DNA of 64,000 bases from Methanotrichaceae archaeon (lineage in GTDB: Archaea; Halobacteriota; Methanosarcinia; Methanotrichales; Methanotrichaceae), in NCBI GenBank assembly GCA_963748825.1, contig CAVVKN010000009.1, forward strand, positions 192,001 through 256,000, in the 5' to 3' direction. Every line of letters begins with the position of its first letter. Within the stretch, counting starts at the first letter, position 1. Below the pieces are notes generated by a model, which was not told the origin of the DNA, made no database searches, and worked only from the letters and a program-made list of their open reading frames with translations. The translations under genes were made by a program, and so were the position numbers. Shown here in pieces: positions 21,105-30,562 of this stretch.

Positions 21105-22289
21105 TTACGGCCCCGGATAAATAACCTCGATATTCTCCATGTTCAATATCAACTTGCGCAGCTCCTCGCAGTTTATGGGATGCTTGAACTCGCTGCACAT
21201 CTTCACCCGTTCCGAGAGGTCCCCAAGCTCCTTGTCTTTTAAGTAGTAGCCCATTCTCTGGGTGATGTATTTGAGCGCCTTGGCTCCGGTGTGCTTGCCG
21301 ATGATGATGTGCCGGGCTGCGCCCACCATTTCCGGAGAGTAGAGCTCATAGGTTCTGGGCTCTTCCAGCACGGCCGCCACATGAATTCCCGACTCATGGG
21401 CAAAGGCATTCGTGCCCACTACGGCCTTATTCCTGGCCACGGGAACTCCCGAGTAGGTCTCTACCAGCTTGGAGAGGTCCTTTATTTTGGTGAGATCGTA
21501 ACTCCCCAGGTCGTAATGCAGCCGCAGAGTTACCAGCAGCTCTTCTAAAGACGTGTTGCCGCTCCTCTCACCAATGCCGTTTACCGTAGTGTGCAACTGC
21601 TTTGCCCCAGCTTCCGCTCCGGCCAGAGTATTGGCCAGGGCCATTCCCAGATCGTCGTGGCAGTGCATGCAGATAGGGATCTTGACAACCTTTTTCAGCT
21701 CGCTTATCATGTAATACGTCGTGCGCGGATTCATGATCCCCACTGTATCGGCAACGCTGATGTAGTCGGCATGGTACTCCTCTGCCTTCTTGTACAGCTT
21801 CTTTAAAATCTCAAAATCGGTGCGCGTGGCATCCTCCGCAGAGAAGCGTACAATCAGGCCATGATCCTTGGCGTACTCCACTGTCTGCAGTGCGCATGAA
21901 ATCGCTTCGGGACAGCTCATGTGCAGTTTGTACTTGAGATGAAGATCAGAGGTAGCGATGAAGACGCTGACCATGTCGGCGCCGCATTCAATGGCCGCGT
22001 CGACATCTTTTTTGACGGACCGGCAGAGTGCTGAGATCTTGGCATCAAGTCCCAGGTTGCAGACCTCTTTTACGGCATTCATCTCTGCCGCGGATACGAC
22101 GGGAAAACCAGCTTCTATAACCTCGACGCCGATCTCATCCAGCCGCAGAGCGATATCAAGTTTTTCATCGGCGCGAAAGACGACTCCCGGCATCTGCTCA
22201 CCATCGCGAAGGGTTACATCGCAGATCTCGATGTCCAGGGGTGGTGTCTTGGCCAGGGCCAAGAACTGATTGAGGGAGTAGTCTTGCAT
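21105..22289 (-). CDS. aksA: Homocitrate synthase family (coenzyme B pathway AksA-like)
   Basis: DVTLRDGEQ, HCHDDLG, GIGERSGN and FAHESGIH; lacks the LeuA regulatory domain. Confidence 0.8.
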   Translation of the reverse strand: MQDYSLNQFLALAKTPPLDIEICDVTLRDGEQMPGVVFRADEKLDIALRLDEIGVEVIEAGFPVVSAAEMNAVKEVCNLGLDAKISALCRSVKKDVDAAIECGADMVSVFIATSDLHLKYKLHMSCPEAISCALQTVEYAKDHGLIVRFSAEDATRTDFEILKKLYKKAEEYHADYISVADTVGIMNPRTTYYMISELKKVVKIPICMHCHDDLGMALANTLAGAEAGAKQLHTTVNGIGERSGNTSLEELLVTLRLHYDLGSYDLTKIKDLSKLVETYSGVPVARNKAVVGTNAFAHESGIHVAAVLEEPRTYELYSPEMVGAARHIIIGKHTGAKALKYITQRMGYYLKDKELGDLSERVKMCSEFKHPINCEELRKLILNMENIEVIYPGP

Positions 22290-22353
22290 AGCGTGCTAAT
22301 AGTGATGATTCATTACATAAATCGGTTTCGAAGGAAAGGGGTTTCCGGCAATT

Positions 22354-23670
22354 CTAAAGATTGGCAAAACGCTCCAATATCCATTGGTTTCGCACTTCAG
22401 GATGGAATATAATGCCGTAGGTGGGGTGGGAGTGGTGCTGGAAAGCCTCGAAGGCATCCGTTTTTCCCGCGAGGAGCATGAATCCCTTCGGCAATGTCAC
22501 TGCATAGTTATGAAGGTGATAGCCTTCTATCTGCCGCGGCTCGCCCAGCAGCGGTGACGCCCGGACGATCTCTATCTCTTCCAGGCCTATAGCCTGATGA
22601 GGTACTATCGATCCTCCATAGACGGCACCAATAATCTGCATGCCGGCGCAGATGCCCAAAATGGGCTTTTTCAAATCCTTTATCCAGGAGAAGAGCTGCA
22701 AATGATCGGCATAAACATTGTCCTCCAGGGCTGTTCCGCAGAGGATGATTTTATCATGGTCGGCAAGAGCCTGCGACTTGACCTCGGTATAATGCAAAAT
22801 GTTGCAGAGAAAGTCCGCTTTTTGCAGCGTATCTCTAATGGGATGGACAAATTCATACTGGGATAAGGAATCTTTTTCGAAGCACAGGTCAACCAGGAGG
22901 ATGCGGCCTTTCCTCTGCATCATTTCCTTGGAAATTTGTCCTTCGTTATCCGGAATTTTCGCTTCCATTTCCGGACTCATTCCCTTCACAGGTTTTTCCA
23001 TCAGTTGCATATCTTCTATGACAAACTGCCCCCGATAGTTGGCATAGCTCTGGGATGCCTTCATGATCTCGATTCTCTTCTGGAAGAATGGGCCATCCAG
23101 GACGAAGGTCTCCAGCTCCCCGCCTTCGCCGGAGGGATTTATCTTGTATTTTTTCTGGAGCCGCTCCAGCATTTGGATGCGCTCCTCCGTCAATCGCGCG
23201 CCCAGCCAGGAAGCATCGAAGGGATAAGCATAGACCCCGGATATGATGATCGAAAAGTCTTCCTTTAAAAGCCTCCGGAGGTAATCAATCTGATTTGTCT
23301 GCCAGAGGGGATTAAAGCACCAGAGATCCTGGTCGCGGCAGATCCTCTGTACTCGCGCCGCCTGGTAGATGGACTCGATGGCTCCGGTGACTATTCCCTG
23401 GACGGCGTATCTCTCCCGGGCGGCGGCTACTGCAGCCGACAGATCCTCCAGCTCCCCCTCTTTGACGCCCTCTGTGGGCCAGGTGAGCAAGGGAATGTCA
23501 AGCGCCTTGGCCTGCAAGCCTGTGCGGCGAATGTTGGGCGTGTGGAACATGTAGCTGTCAGGGTTCTCCGAGACCAGAGTTATCAAGCAGGCTACCTGGT
23601 TCTTTTCCATAGCCCGGCGGCAAGCAAAGACAGAGTCCTTGCCCCCGGAGAAGAGCACGCCCAGTTTCAT
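22354..23670 (-). CDS. dph6: Diphthine--ammonia ligase (DUF71) fused to a class I glutamine amidotransferase domain
   Basis: FSGGKDS, SYMFH, PLW and GEGGELETFVLDGP; C-terminal PILGICAGMQ and FHPE. Confidence 0.85.
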   Translation of the reverse strand: MKLGVLFSGGKDSVFACRRAMEKNQVACLITLVSENPDSYMFHTPNIRRTGLQAKALDIPLLTWPTEGVKEGELEDLSAAVAAARERYAVQGIVTGAIESIYQAARVQRICRDQDLWCFNPLWQTNQIDYLRRLLKEDFSIIISGVYAYPFDASWLGARLTEERIQMLERLQKKYKINPSGEGGELETFVLDGPFFQKRIEIMKASQSYANYRGQFVIEDMQLMEKPVKGMSPEMEAKIPDNEGQISKEMMQRKGRILLVDLCFEKDSLSQYEFVHPIRDTLQKADFLCNILHYTEVKSQALADHDKIILCGTALEDNVYADHLQLFSWIKDLKKPILGICAGMQIIGAVYGGSIVPHQAIGLEEIEIVRASPLLGEPRQIEGYHLHNYAVTLPKGFMLLAGKTDAFEAFQHHSHPTYGIIFHPEVRNQWILERFANL

Positions 23671-23743
23671 CTGGCTTAGGAAGAATACCGCAAGCTAATA
23701 AAAGATATTGGCGAGCGGAGGGAAAGATGAAAGAGAAGATCTC

Positions 23744-25228
23744 TTACGGCTTAGAGGGCAGATCCAGGTCAATCATCCGCCAGATCTTCTCCATATCTAA
23801 GTTTGACTCTACAGCCGCGGCCAGCTCAGCAAAGCCCTCTCCCTTAGCTGCCTTAGAGGGAACGCAGCTTAGCTCTATCGCGGGATTTTTGCGGCGGCGG
23901 AGGAAATCGAGAAAAGCATTGCAAAAGTTCTCATTCTCGAAGATGCCATGCAGGTAGGTGCCGATCACAATTCCGCTTTCGGATACCGCGCCGTCGTCTC
24001 CGAAGGCTGCCTGGCCGTTGGAGCTGGTCACACCCATGTGAATCTCGTAGCCTGTGACAATTTGGCCGCGGATCGGCTCCAGGATAGGCCCACCGCCCGT
24101 GACCTGCTTCTTCACCTGCATCGTCCTCTTCTCATAAAGGTCAAAGCGGGTTACAGTATCCAGCAGGCCCAGGCAGGGAACAGTTCCCACGGTGTCCTCA
24201 ACGCCGCAGTCGATGATCTCGCGTCCAAGCATCTGGTAGCCTCCGCAGATGCCCAGTACCGGAGTATCCGGCAGGGATTTTATCTGATCAGCCATGCCCT
24301 TTTCCTGCATCTCCCGCAGGTCGGAGACGGTGTTCTTGGTTCCGGGAATGATCACCGCATCCGGGCGGCCCAGATCATCCGAGAGGTTCACATACCTGAC
24401 ATGCGCCTGCCGCTCCAAGGGCTCGAAGTCGGTGAAGTTGCTGATGCGTGGCAGCCTTATCACCGCGATATCGACCTGCTCGCCCGCCGCCCGCCCGGCC
24501 TTCTTGTCTCCCAATGAGACGGAGTCCTCGGAGGGTATGTCCAGATCCAGATAGGGCATGACGCCCAAGATGGGCACGCCGGTGAGTTCTTCCAGCATCT
24601 TCAGGCCAGAGCCCAAAATGGCAGGATCGCCCCGGAATTTGTTGATCACCAGGCCCTTAACCAGTGGCCTGATGTCCTCGGGCAAAAGCTGCACCGTGCC
24701 GAAAAGGCTGGCGAAGACACCCCCTCTCTCGATATCCCCGACCAGGATTATGGGGGCATGCAGGTAGCGGGCCACGTAGATATTGGCGATATCCCTATCG
24801 AAGAGGTTGATCTCTGCCGCTCCGCCCGCGCCTTCTACTACGATGTAGTCGTAGTCCTTCTCCAGCTCTTGGATCGATCGGTCCACCACTTCCTTGAGCC
24901 CTTCGATCTCCCGGTAGTATTCCTCTGCCGATTTATCGGCCACGGGCCTGCCCAGGACGATGACCTGAGAGGTGCGGTCACCCTTGGGCTTGAGGAGGAT
25001 GGGATTCATGAACTCTGTCGGCTCCACACGGGCTGCCCAGGCCTGCACCGCCTGGGCTATGCCGATCTCCGAGCCGTTCTGGGTGACCCAGGAGTTGAGG
25101 CTCATGTTCTGAGACTTGAAGGGCGCGACCTTAAAGCCGCGATCGGAGAGGAGGCGGCAGAGGGCGGCGACAAGAGTGCTCTTGCCGGAATGGGAGGTGG
25201 TGCCGAGGACAACGAGAAAGCGGGACAT
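23744..25228 (-). CDS. cobQ: Cobyric acid synthase
   Basis: GTTSHSGKS, PFKSQNMSLNS, EGAG, DIERGG, RISNFTDF, GICGGYQMLG and GTYLHG. Confidence 0.97.
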   Translation of the reverse strand: MSRFLVVLGTTSHSGKSTLVAALCRLLSDRGFKVAPFKSQNMSLNSWVTQNGSEIGIAQAVQAWAARVEPTEFMNPILLKPKGDRTSQVIVLGRPVADKSAEEYYREIEGLKEVVDRSIQELEKDYDYIVVEGAGGAAEINLFDRDIANIYVARYLHAPIILVGDIERGGVFASLFGTVQLLPEDIRPLVKGLVINKFRGDPAILGSGLKMLEELTGVPILGVMPYLDLDIPSEDSVSLGDKKAGRAAGEQVDIAVIRLPRISNFTDFEPLERQAHVRYVNLSDDLGRPDAVIIPGTKNTVSDLREMQEKGMADQIKSLPDTPVLGICGGYQMLGREIIDCGVEDTVGTVPCLGLLDTVTRFDLYEKRTMQVKKQVTGGGPILEPIRGQIVTGYEIHMGVTSSNGQAAFGDDGAVSESGIVIGTYLHGIFENENFCNAFLDFLRRRKNPAIELSCVPSKAAKGEGFAELAAAVESNLDMEKIWRMIDLDLPSKP

Positions 25229-25599
25229 GGGGAGGGCGAGGGCGTGCAAGTTTATTTGCCTTTTGGAAGGTTAAGTTTTGCATCCTGTGGTAGGGTATCG
25301 GGCACCAGGTGGTCTTCGGACCGTTTCTTCGTTTGGAAAAACTGCCTGGCAAACGCACTTGCCGCAGCAGCATATCCTTCCATTGGAGCATCCGCTACAG
25401 GAATCGGTCAGATCAGGGCACGCAGATCTTACATTATTTTTATATTCAGATATATCTTGCGCCGCAATCAATCCCTAATCTCGAATCGAATTCCAAAGGA
25501 TTAGATTCATATGGTCGCGGCAAGATTTATATGCGTATAGTATTTGATTAACGATTGTGATAAGTGCAAAATGATCGCAGATTTGAGGGTTTAATGCAA

Positions 25600-25932
25600 A
25601 TGAAGTCGCCATGTGAACAGATCGTATGGGATGTCCTTCCCAGCATCAGGGCGGCCATCGCCGAAGAGCTGATCAAGAGAGGAATATCCCAAAAAGAAGT
25701 CTCTAAGATGCTAGGCATCACGCCGCCGGCAGTGTCCCAGTACGTATCCAAGAAGAGAGGCTACAACATCGAGTTTCGGGAGGACATCCGGCAGGCCATA
25801 GGAATGCTTGCCGACGACCTGATCGCGGAGAGAGTAAAAGGCAGCGAACTCGTTAAGAGGATCTGCGGGATCTGCCGCATGCTACAGGACGATGAGACTG
25901 CTTGCATTTCCACCAAATGCAAGGGACTCTGA
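25600..25932 (+). CDS. Archaeal HTH transcriptional regulator with Cys motifs (COG2522-like)
   Basis: MKSPCE, HTH GISQKEVSKMLGITPPAVSQYVSKKRG and CGIC. Confidence 0.82.
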   Translation: MKSPCEQIVWDVLPSIRAAIAEELIKRGISQKEVSKMLGITPPAVSQYVSKKRGYNIEFREDIRQAIGMLADDLIAERVKGSELVKRICGICRMLQDDETACISTKCKGL

Positions 25933-26760
25933 ATGAATCTGGCAGATAAGCTGAAAGACCTCAAAAAGAGGATTGCGGAGAAGGGAAAGCTTCTCGTGGC
26001 CTACTCAGGAGGCGTGGACAGCAGCCTTCTGGCAAGGTTGGCGCATGATGTTCTGGGCGACGAGGCCCTGGCCGTCATATTGGACAGCGAAACCATGCCA
26101 AGAAGCGAGCTATTGCAGGCTATTGCTCTCGCAAAATCTCTGGGGCTGAATTATCAGGTAGCAGAATTCTCCATCCTGATGGAAGAGCAGTTTATGCAAA
26201 ATCCAGTCACACGCTGCTACATCTGCAAGAAAAAGTCCGCGGCTGTTTTAAAAAGCATCGCGGAGAAGGAAGGCATAAGCTGTATCGCCGATGGGGTTAA
26301 CCTCTCTGATTACGGAGACTATCGGCCAGGAATTGCCGCTTGCGATGAAGAAGGAATCTGGCATCCTTTTGTCGAGGCACGCATAACTAAAGAGGATATT
26401 CGCGTCCTGGCAAAAAGTCTGGACCTGTCCGTCTGGAACAAGCCTTCCTCGGCCTGCCTGGCCACTCGAATTGCCTATGGTGAGCCGATCAAACAGGAGA
26501 CCCTTGCAATGGTGGAAGAGGCGGAGGAATACCTGAAAAGCCTGGGCTTTTTGCAGCTTCGGGTGCGGGTCCATGGCCGCATGGCCCGAATTGAGCTTTT
26601 AAAGCAGGATATGGCAAAGGCGACTGATGGCAGCGATGAGATAGCCAAGATGCTCAAAGCAATCGGATTTGACTATGTCGCTCTGGATCTGCAGGGCTTT
26701 CGCAGCGGAAGCATGAACGAGGGTTCCTTGAAAGAGGTCTTATGGACGTCCAGGAAATAA
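25933..26760 (+). CDS. larE: LarE-family ATP-dependent sulfur transferase
   Basis: PP-loop SGGVDS, RCYICK, DYRPG, PSSACLATRI, RVRVHG and GFRSGSMN. Confidence 0.9.
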   Translation: MNLADKLKDLKKRIAEKGKLLVAYSGGVDSSLLARLAHDVLGDEALAVILDSETMPRSELLQAIALAKSLGLNYQVAEFSILMEEQFMQNPVTRCYICKKKSAAVLKSIAEKEGISCIADGVNLSDYGDYRPGIAACDEEGIWHPFVEARITKEDIRVLAKSLDLSVWNKPSSACLATRIAYGEPIKQETLAMVEEAEEYLKSLGFLQLRVRVHGRMARIELLKQDMAKATDGSDEIAKMLKAIGFDYVALDLQGFRSGSMNEGSLKEVLWTSRK

Positions 26761-27941
26761 GAAAGGATTTTCCCATCCTGAAGGATGTAATCTACCTGGA
26801 CAGTGCCTCCACCAGCCTGACTCCGGAGCCTGTTTTGGGGGCTGTCCTGGATTACTACCATAGCTACAAGGCCAATGTGGGCCGCGGCGTTTACCGGATG
26901 GCGCAGCTTGCCGATCAGCGCTACCGGGACGCCCACCGCAAGGCCGCCGACTTCATAGGCGGGGCCGGACAAGAAGGCATGACCGTCTTCACCAGGAATA
27001 CCACTGAGTCCATCAACATTGTCGCTCGCGGCATGTTGTGGAAGAAGGGGGAACGCATCGTCACCACCCTTCTGGAGCACCACTCCAATCTTTTGCCCTG
27101 GATGAGGCTAAAAGAGAAAGGCGTAGAGCTACAGGTCATAAAGCCGGACAAAACGGGAATTATTGATCTGGCAGACTATGAAAAGGCGATAGCCAAAGGC
27201 ACCCGGCTGGTGGCAGTAAGCCAGCTCTCCAACGCTTTAGGTACGGTCCTTCCCATAAAAGAGATCAGCAAAATCTGCAGGGAACGGGGCTCTGCCCTGC
27301 TGGTGGACGCTGCCCAGTCCGTGCCCCACATGCCCGTAGACGTGATGGATATCGATTGTGATTTTCTCTGCTTTTCCGGGCACAAGATGCTTGCACCCAT
27401 GGGGACAGGCGTCCTCTGGATCAAGACGGAAGGGGAGGTCGAGCCGCTCATGGTTGGTGGGGGCATGGTGCAGGATGTCGGCGATAACTGGTATGAGATC
27501 AAGAAGGGCTATGAAGGCTTCGAAGCAGGCACGCCCGACATCTCGGCCGGCATTGGACTAGGTGCTGCGGTTGATTATCTCACTCGCGTGGGTGTCGAGG
27601 CGATCCACCATCACGAGCAAAGGCTTACGGCAAAGCTGCTGGAAGGCATGCAAGAGATAGACGGCGTAGTGATCTATGGCTTGAGCCCCGGCTCAAGCAG
27701 GCGGGCGCGAGGCGGCGTTGTCTCCTTTGCTGTAGAGGGCCTGCTGCCTCATGAGGTGGCTCTCATGCTCGACCAGGCATCGAGCATCTCGGTTCGCTCC
27801 GGCCATCACTGCTGCATTCCCTTAATGAAGCATCTTGGGCTTAAATACGGCACTGTGCGCGCCTCGCTTTATCTTTATAACACTGAGGATGAGATTGAAA
27901 AGCTCCTGGCGACGCTGGAGCAGATTGCCAGGATGGCCTAG
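26742..27941 (+). CDS. Cysteine desulfurase, SufS (group II) type
   Basis: YLDSASTS, EHHSN, DAAQS, SGHKML, FEAGTP and RSGHHC. Confidence 0.92.
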   Translation: MDVQEIRKDFPILKDVIYLDSASTSLTPEPVLGAVLDYYHSYKANVGRGVYRMAQLADQRYRDAHRKAADFIGGAGQEGMTVFTRNTTESINIVARGMLWKKGERIVTTLLEHHSNLLPWMRLKEKGVELQVIKPDKTGIIDLADYEKAIAKGTRLVAVSQLSNALGTVLPIKEISKICRERGSALLVDAAQSVPHMPVDVMDIDCDFLCFSGHKMLAPMGTGVLWIKTEGEVEPLMVGGGMVQDVGDNWYEIKKGYEGFEAGTPDISAGIGLGAAVDYLTRVGVEAIHHHEQRLTAKLLEGMQEIDGVVIYGLSPGSSRRARGGVVSFAVEGLLPHEVALMLDQASSISVRSGHHCCIPLMKHLGLKYGTVRASLYLYNTEDEIEKLLATLEQIARMA

Positions 27942-27965
27942 CCAGATGGAGCCAGATGGGGCTGC

Positions 27966-28739
27966 ATGGGAGTCAAAGGAATGATCAAGGAGTGCAAATG
28001 TCTGAGGCTGGACGGTGCCAGTGCAGAGGAAGCGATCTGCCAGGTGGTCGAAGAGGTGCCCCTCTCCATCTTCATCAACGGCCGGCATTTCGTAACCGCT
28101 ATGACCAGCCCCCAGATGAGAAAAGAGTTTGTCACAGGCCACCTTTTTTCCGAGAGGATTATTTGCGGACCGTTGGAGATCGAGTCTCTGGAGATCGAGG
28201 GCAACGTGGCTCGCGTTATAGTCGAGCATCCCATGCGGGCCATCATCCCCAGGCGGCCGATTGTGAGCGGCTGCGGCGGAATTGCTTCTTTTCTCGATGA
28301 GTCCAAGCTTCCCGAAATAAAATCGGATCTGAGAATCGGAAAACAGCAGGCTCAGGATGCCATGGAGTCCATCTCCCAGTCGGAGATACACATAGCTACG
28401 GGTGGAGTGCATTCCGTGGGCCTCTTCGGCGAAAAGGAACCGATCTGCATCATCGAGGACATCGGTCGGCACAATGCCCTGGATAAGGCCATCGGCTATG
28501 CGCTTATCCAGAAGCAGGATTTCGACTTTTGCCGAACCTTTGTGGCCTGCACGGGCCGGGTATCCTCGGACATGGCCTTGAAGTGCTCTGTGGCCGGCAT
28601 TCCCATCATCGTCTCGCGCGGGGCCACCACCAGCCTGGCCGTCTCCATTGCCGAGAGAACTGGCCTGTGCATAGTCGGTTTTCTGCGAGGAAAGAGGCTT
28701 TCCGTTTACACCTGCCCGGAGAGATTTGCGATTGACTGA
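27966..28739 (+). CDS. fdhD: Formate dehydrogenase accessory sulfurtransferase
   Basis: EVPLSIFING, SGCG, TGGVH, EDIGRHNALDKAIG and GRVSSDM. Confidence 0.92.
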   Translation: MGVKGMIKECKCLRLDGASAEEAICQVVEEVPLSIFINGRHFVTAMTSPQMRKEFVTGHLFSERIICGPLEIESLEIEGNVARVIVEHPMRAIIPRRPIVSGCGGIASFLDESKLPEIKSDLRIGKQQAQDAMESISQSEIHIATGGVHSVGLFGEKEPICIIEDIGRHNALDKAIGYALIQKQDFDFCRTFVACTGRVSSDMALKCSVAGIPIIVSRGATTSLAVSIAERTGLCIVGFLRGKRLSVYTCPERFAID

Positions 28740-28773
28740 AGGCGGCCTTCGTAGTGATCGATATGCAGTGGCT

Positions 28774-28929
28774 CACCACAAAGGCACAAAGGCACAAAGA
28801 AGCGTTCTCTGTGCGTTCTCTGTGAACTCTGTGTCTCTGTGGTGGAATAGTCGTCAGCTACTGGTTATAACCAAATGGTTACGGACTGCCACCACAGAGA
28901 CACAGAGCGCACGGAGGACTCACAGAGGG
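28774..28929. repeat. Cluster of alternating-orientation CACAGAG/CACAAAG short repeats (REP-like)
   Basis: Perfect 19-bp inverted repeat ctctgtgtctctgtggtgg (28827-28845) / ccaccacagagacacagag (28889-28907), plus a caccacaaaggcacaaaggcacaaag unit at 28774. Confidence 0.8.
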
Positions 28930-28985
28930 CTAGATTATTCCATTGCCCAATCAAAACGGTTTTTCTTACTGATGCGGGTGCGGGC

Positions 28986-29891
28986 ATGATTTGCTCCAAA
29001 TGCAATGAGAGGGCTATTATCTCCCAGCGCTACTCCGGGCAGCACCTCTGCCAGGACCACTTCATCCAGGATTTTGAGAGACGAGTGGCAGAGACTGTGC
29101 ATAAAAACAACATGGTCAAGGACGGCGAGCGCATTGCTGTGGCCGTGAGCGGGGGCAAGGACAGCACCGCTCTGCTCTTTTGCCTGTGCAAGATCCTGGC
29201 GAAAAGGGATGTAGAGCTTGTGGCTGTCACCGTGGACGAGGGCATTGCCGGTTACAGGGATGACACCATAAAAGCGGCGAGAGCCATTGCCAAGAAGCTC
29301 GCAGTCGAGCAGCATATCGTCTCCTTCCGGGAGGAGTACGGCTACGACCTGGACGAAATGGTGCAGGGAAAAAAGGTCGCGCCCTGCACCTATTGCGGTG
29401 TCTTTCGCAAGAACGCTCTCAACAAAGCTGCAAAACGCATGGGGGCAGATAAAGTCGCCACCGGCCACAATCTGGACGATGAGGCGCAGACCATTATGAT
29501 GAACTATCTGAAGGGTGATTTCGAGAGGCTGATGCGCTTTAGGCCTTGGCATGCTCAAAGTGGCTTGGTGCCCCGCATCAAGCCTCTTCGAGAGATGCCT
29601 GAAAAGGAGATCGCCCTCTATTGCATGGTAAATGAAGTCTTCTCGGAATCCCGGGAGTGCCCCTATGCCAATCTCTCCCTGCGGGCGGATGTGAGGGATA
29701 TGATGAATTGCCTGGAGAGCCAGTTTCCCGGCACGAAGCATTCCACAGTGCAGGGATTTGAGAAGATCGCGGCGAAGGCGCAGGGCAGCTATGCACAGAT
29801 GGATCTTGCCGCCTGCCGAGAGTGCGGCGAGCCCTGCGTCAAGGAGCTATGCAAAGCCTGCGAGCTATTGGGGCTATTAAGATCGGGATAA
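28986..29891 (+). CDS. ncsA: tRNA 2-thiolation protein (TtuA/NcsA, TIGR00269-like)
   Basis: N-terminal CxxC...CxxH, SGGKDS, CTYCGVFR, TGHNLDD, CPY and C-terminal CxxC...CxxC. Confidence 0.88.
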   Translation: MICSKCNERAIISQRYSGQHLCQDHFIQDFERRVAETVHKNNMVKDGERIAVAVSGGKDSTALLFCLCKILAKRDVELVAVTVDEGIAGYRDDTIKAARAIAKKLAVEQHIVSFREEYGYDLDEMVQGKKVAPCTYCGVFRKNALNKAAKRMGADKVATGHNLDDEAQTIMMNYLKGDFERLMRFRPWHAQSGLVPRIKPLREMPEKEIALYCMVNEVFSESRECPYANLSLRADVRDMMNCLESQFPGTKHSTVQGFEKIAAKAQGSYAQMDLAACRECGEPCVKELCKACELLGLLRSG

Positions 29892-29983
29892 AGCGATTCA
29901 AATAACTCTCATTGATTTATCGAGCAGAATCGGCTATCGGCTTGAATCGGGCAGGATTTGCCTGTACCTGCTCCCTGGGCCCG

Positions 29984-30487
29984 CTAATATACCGTTACCC
30001 TCTTTACGCCCTCAATATCCATGAGCAGGCGCACCAGGTCTCCCGGGATTTTGCCTTCCGTGATGAGGGTGAGCTTGGGGCTCTCCACAAAATATGGGTC
30101 GTCGGATACGGCCTGGCGGATGGAAAGGCCGTTTTTGGCCACAGCACTGGCCACATCTCCCAGAAGGCCGGTCTTGGCAGCATCGACCGGCGTAATTTCT
30201 ATCACACCCAAGCCCAAAATAGGCGCCACATCTCCTAAGAATGTCATGGAGCGCACATTCTTGAAGATCTTCCATAAATCCTCATCCTCGCGAATGGCCT
30301 GGGCGGTGGTGTCCACCACCCGGCGGTCCACGTTCAACTCCTTGGCGATCTGGGCATGAGGAATCTCTATATGGCCCGATACAACGCGAGAGGCATCGTT
30401 GATCTGAAAGCCCCTTTGCAGGATGAGACGGATGACCTTCTCCTGAGCCGGGAACCTTTTAAACTTGTTTAAAATCTCCTGCCACAT
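29984..30487 (-). CDS. ACT-domain regulator of amino-acid metabolism (COG2150-like)
   Basis: FPAQEKVIRL, IAKELNVDRRVV, LGLGVIEI and SIRQAVSDDP. Confidence 0.82.
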   Translation of the reverse strand: MWQEILNKFKRFPAQEKVIRLILQRGFQINDASRVVSGHIEIPHAQIAKELNVDRRVVDTTAQAIREDEDLWKIFKNVRSMTFLGDVAPILGLGVIEITPVDAAKTGLLGDVASAVAKNGLSIRQAVSDDPYFVESPKLTLITEGKIPGDLVRLLMDIEGVKRVTVY

Positions 30488-30562
30488 GATGGGTCCTTTT
30501 AGTAATTCCCTTAAAGGGTACAAAAGGGCTTCCTTTGAGACACAATAGCCCTTTTCCTGTCT

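Noticed and set aside
25250-25450. Cobalamin riboswitch upstream of cobQ
   Set aside because: No B12-box or conserved core recognisable
28774-28929. CRISPR array
   Set aside because: Units are short, inverted and lack unique equal-length spacers; no cas genes in the window
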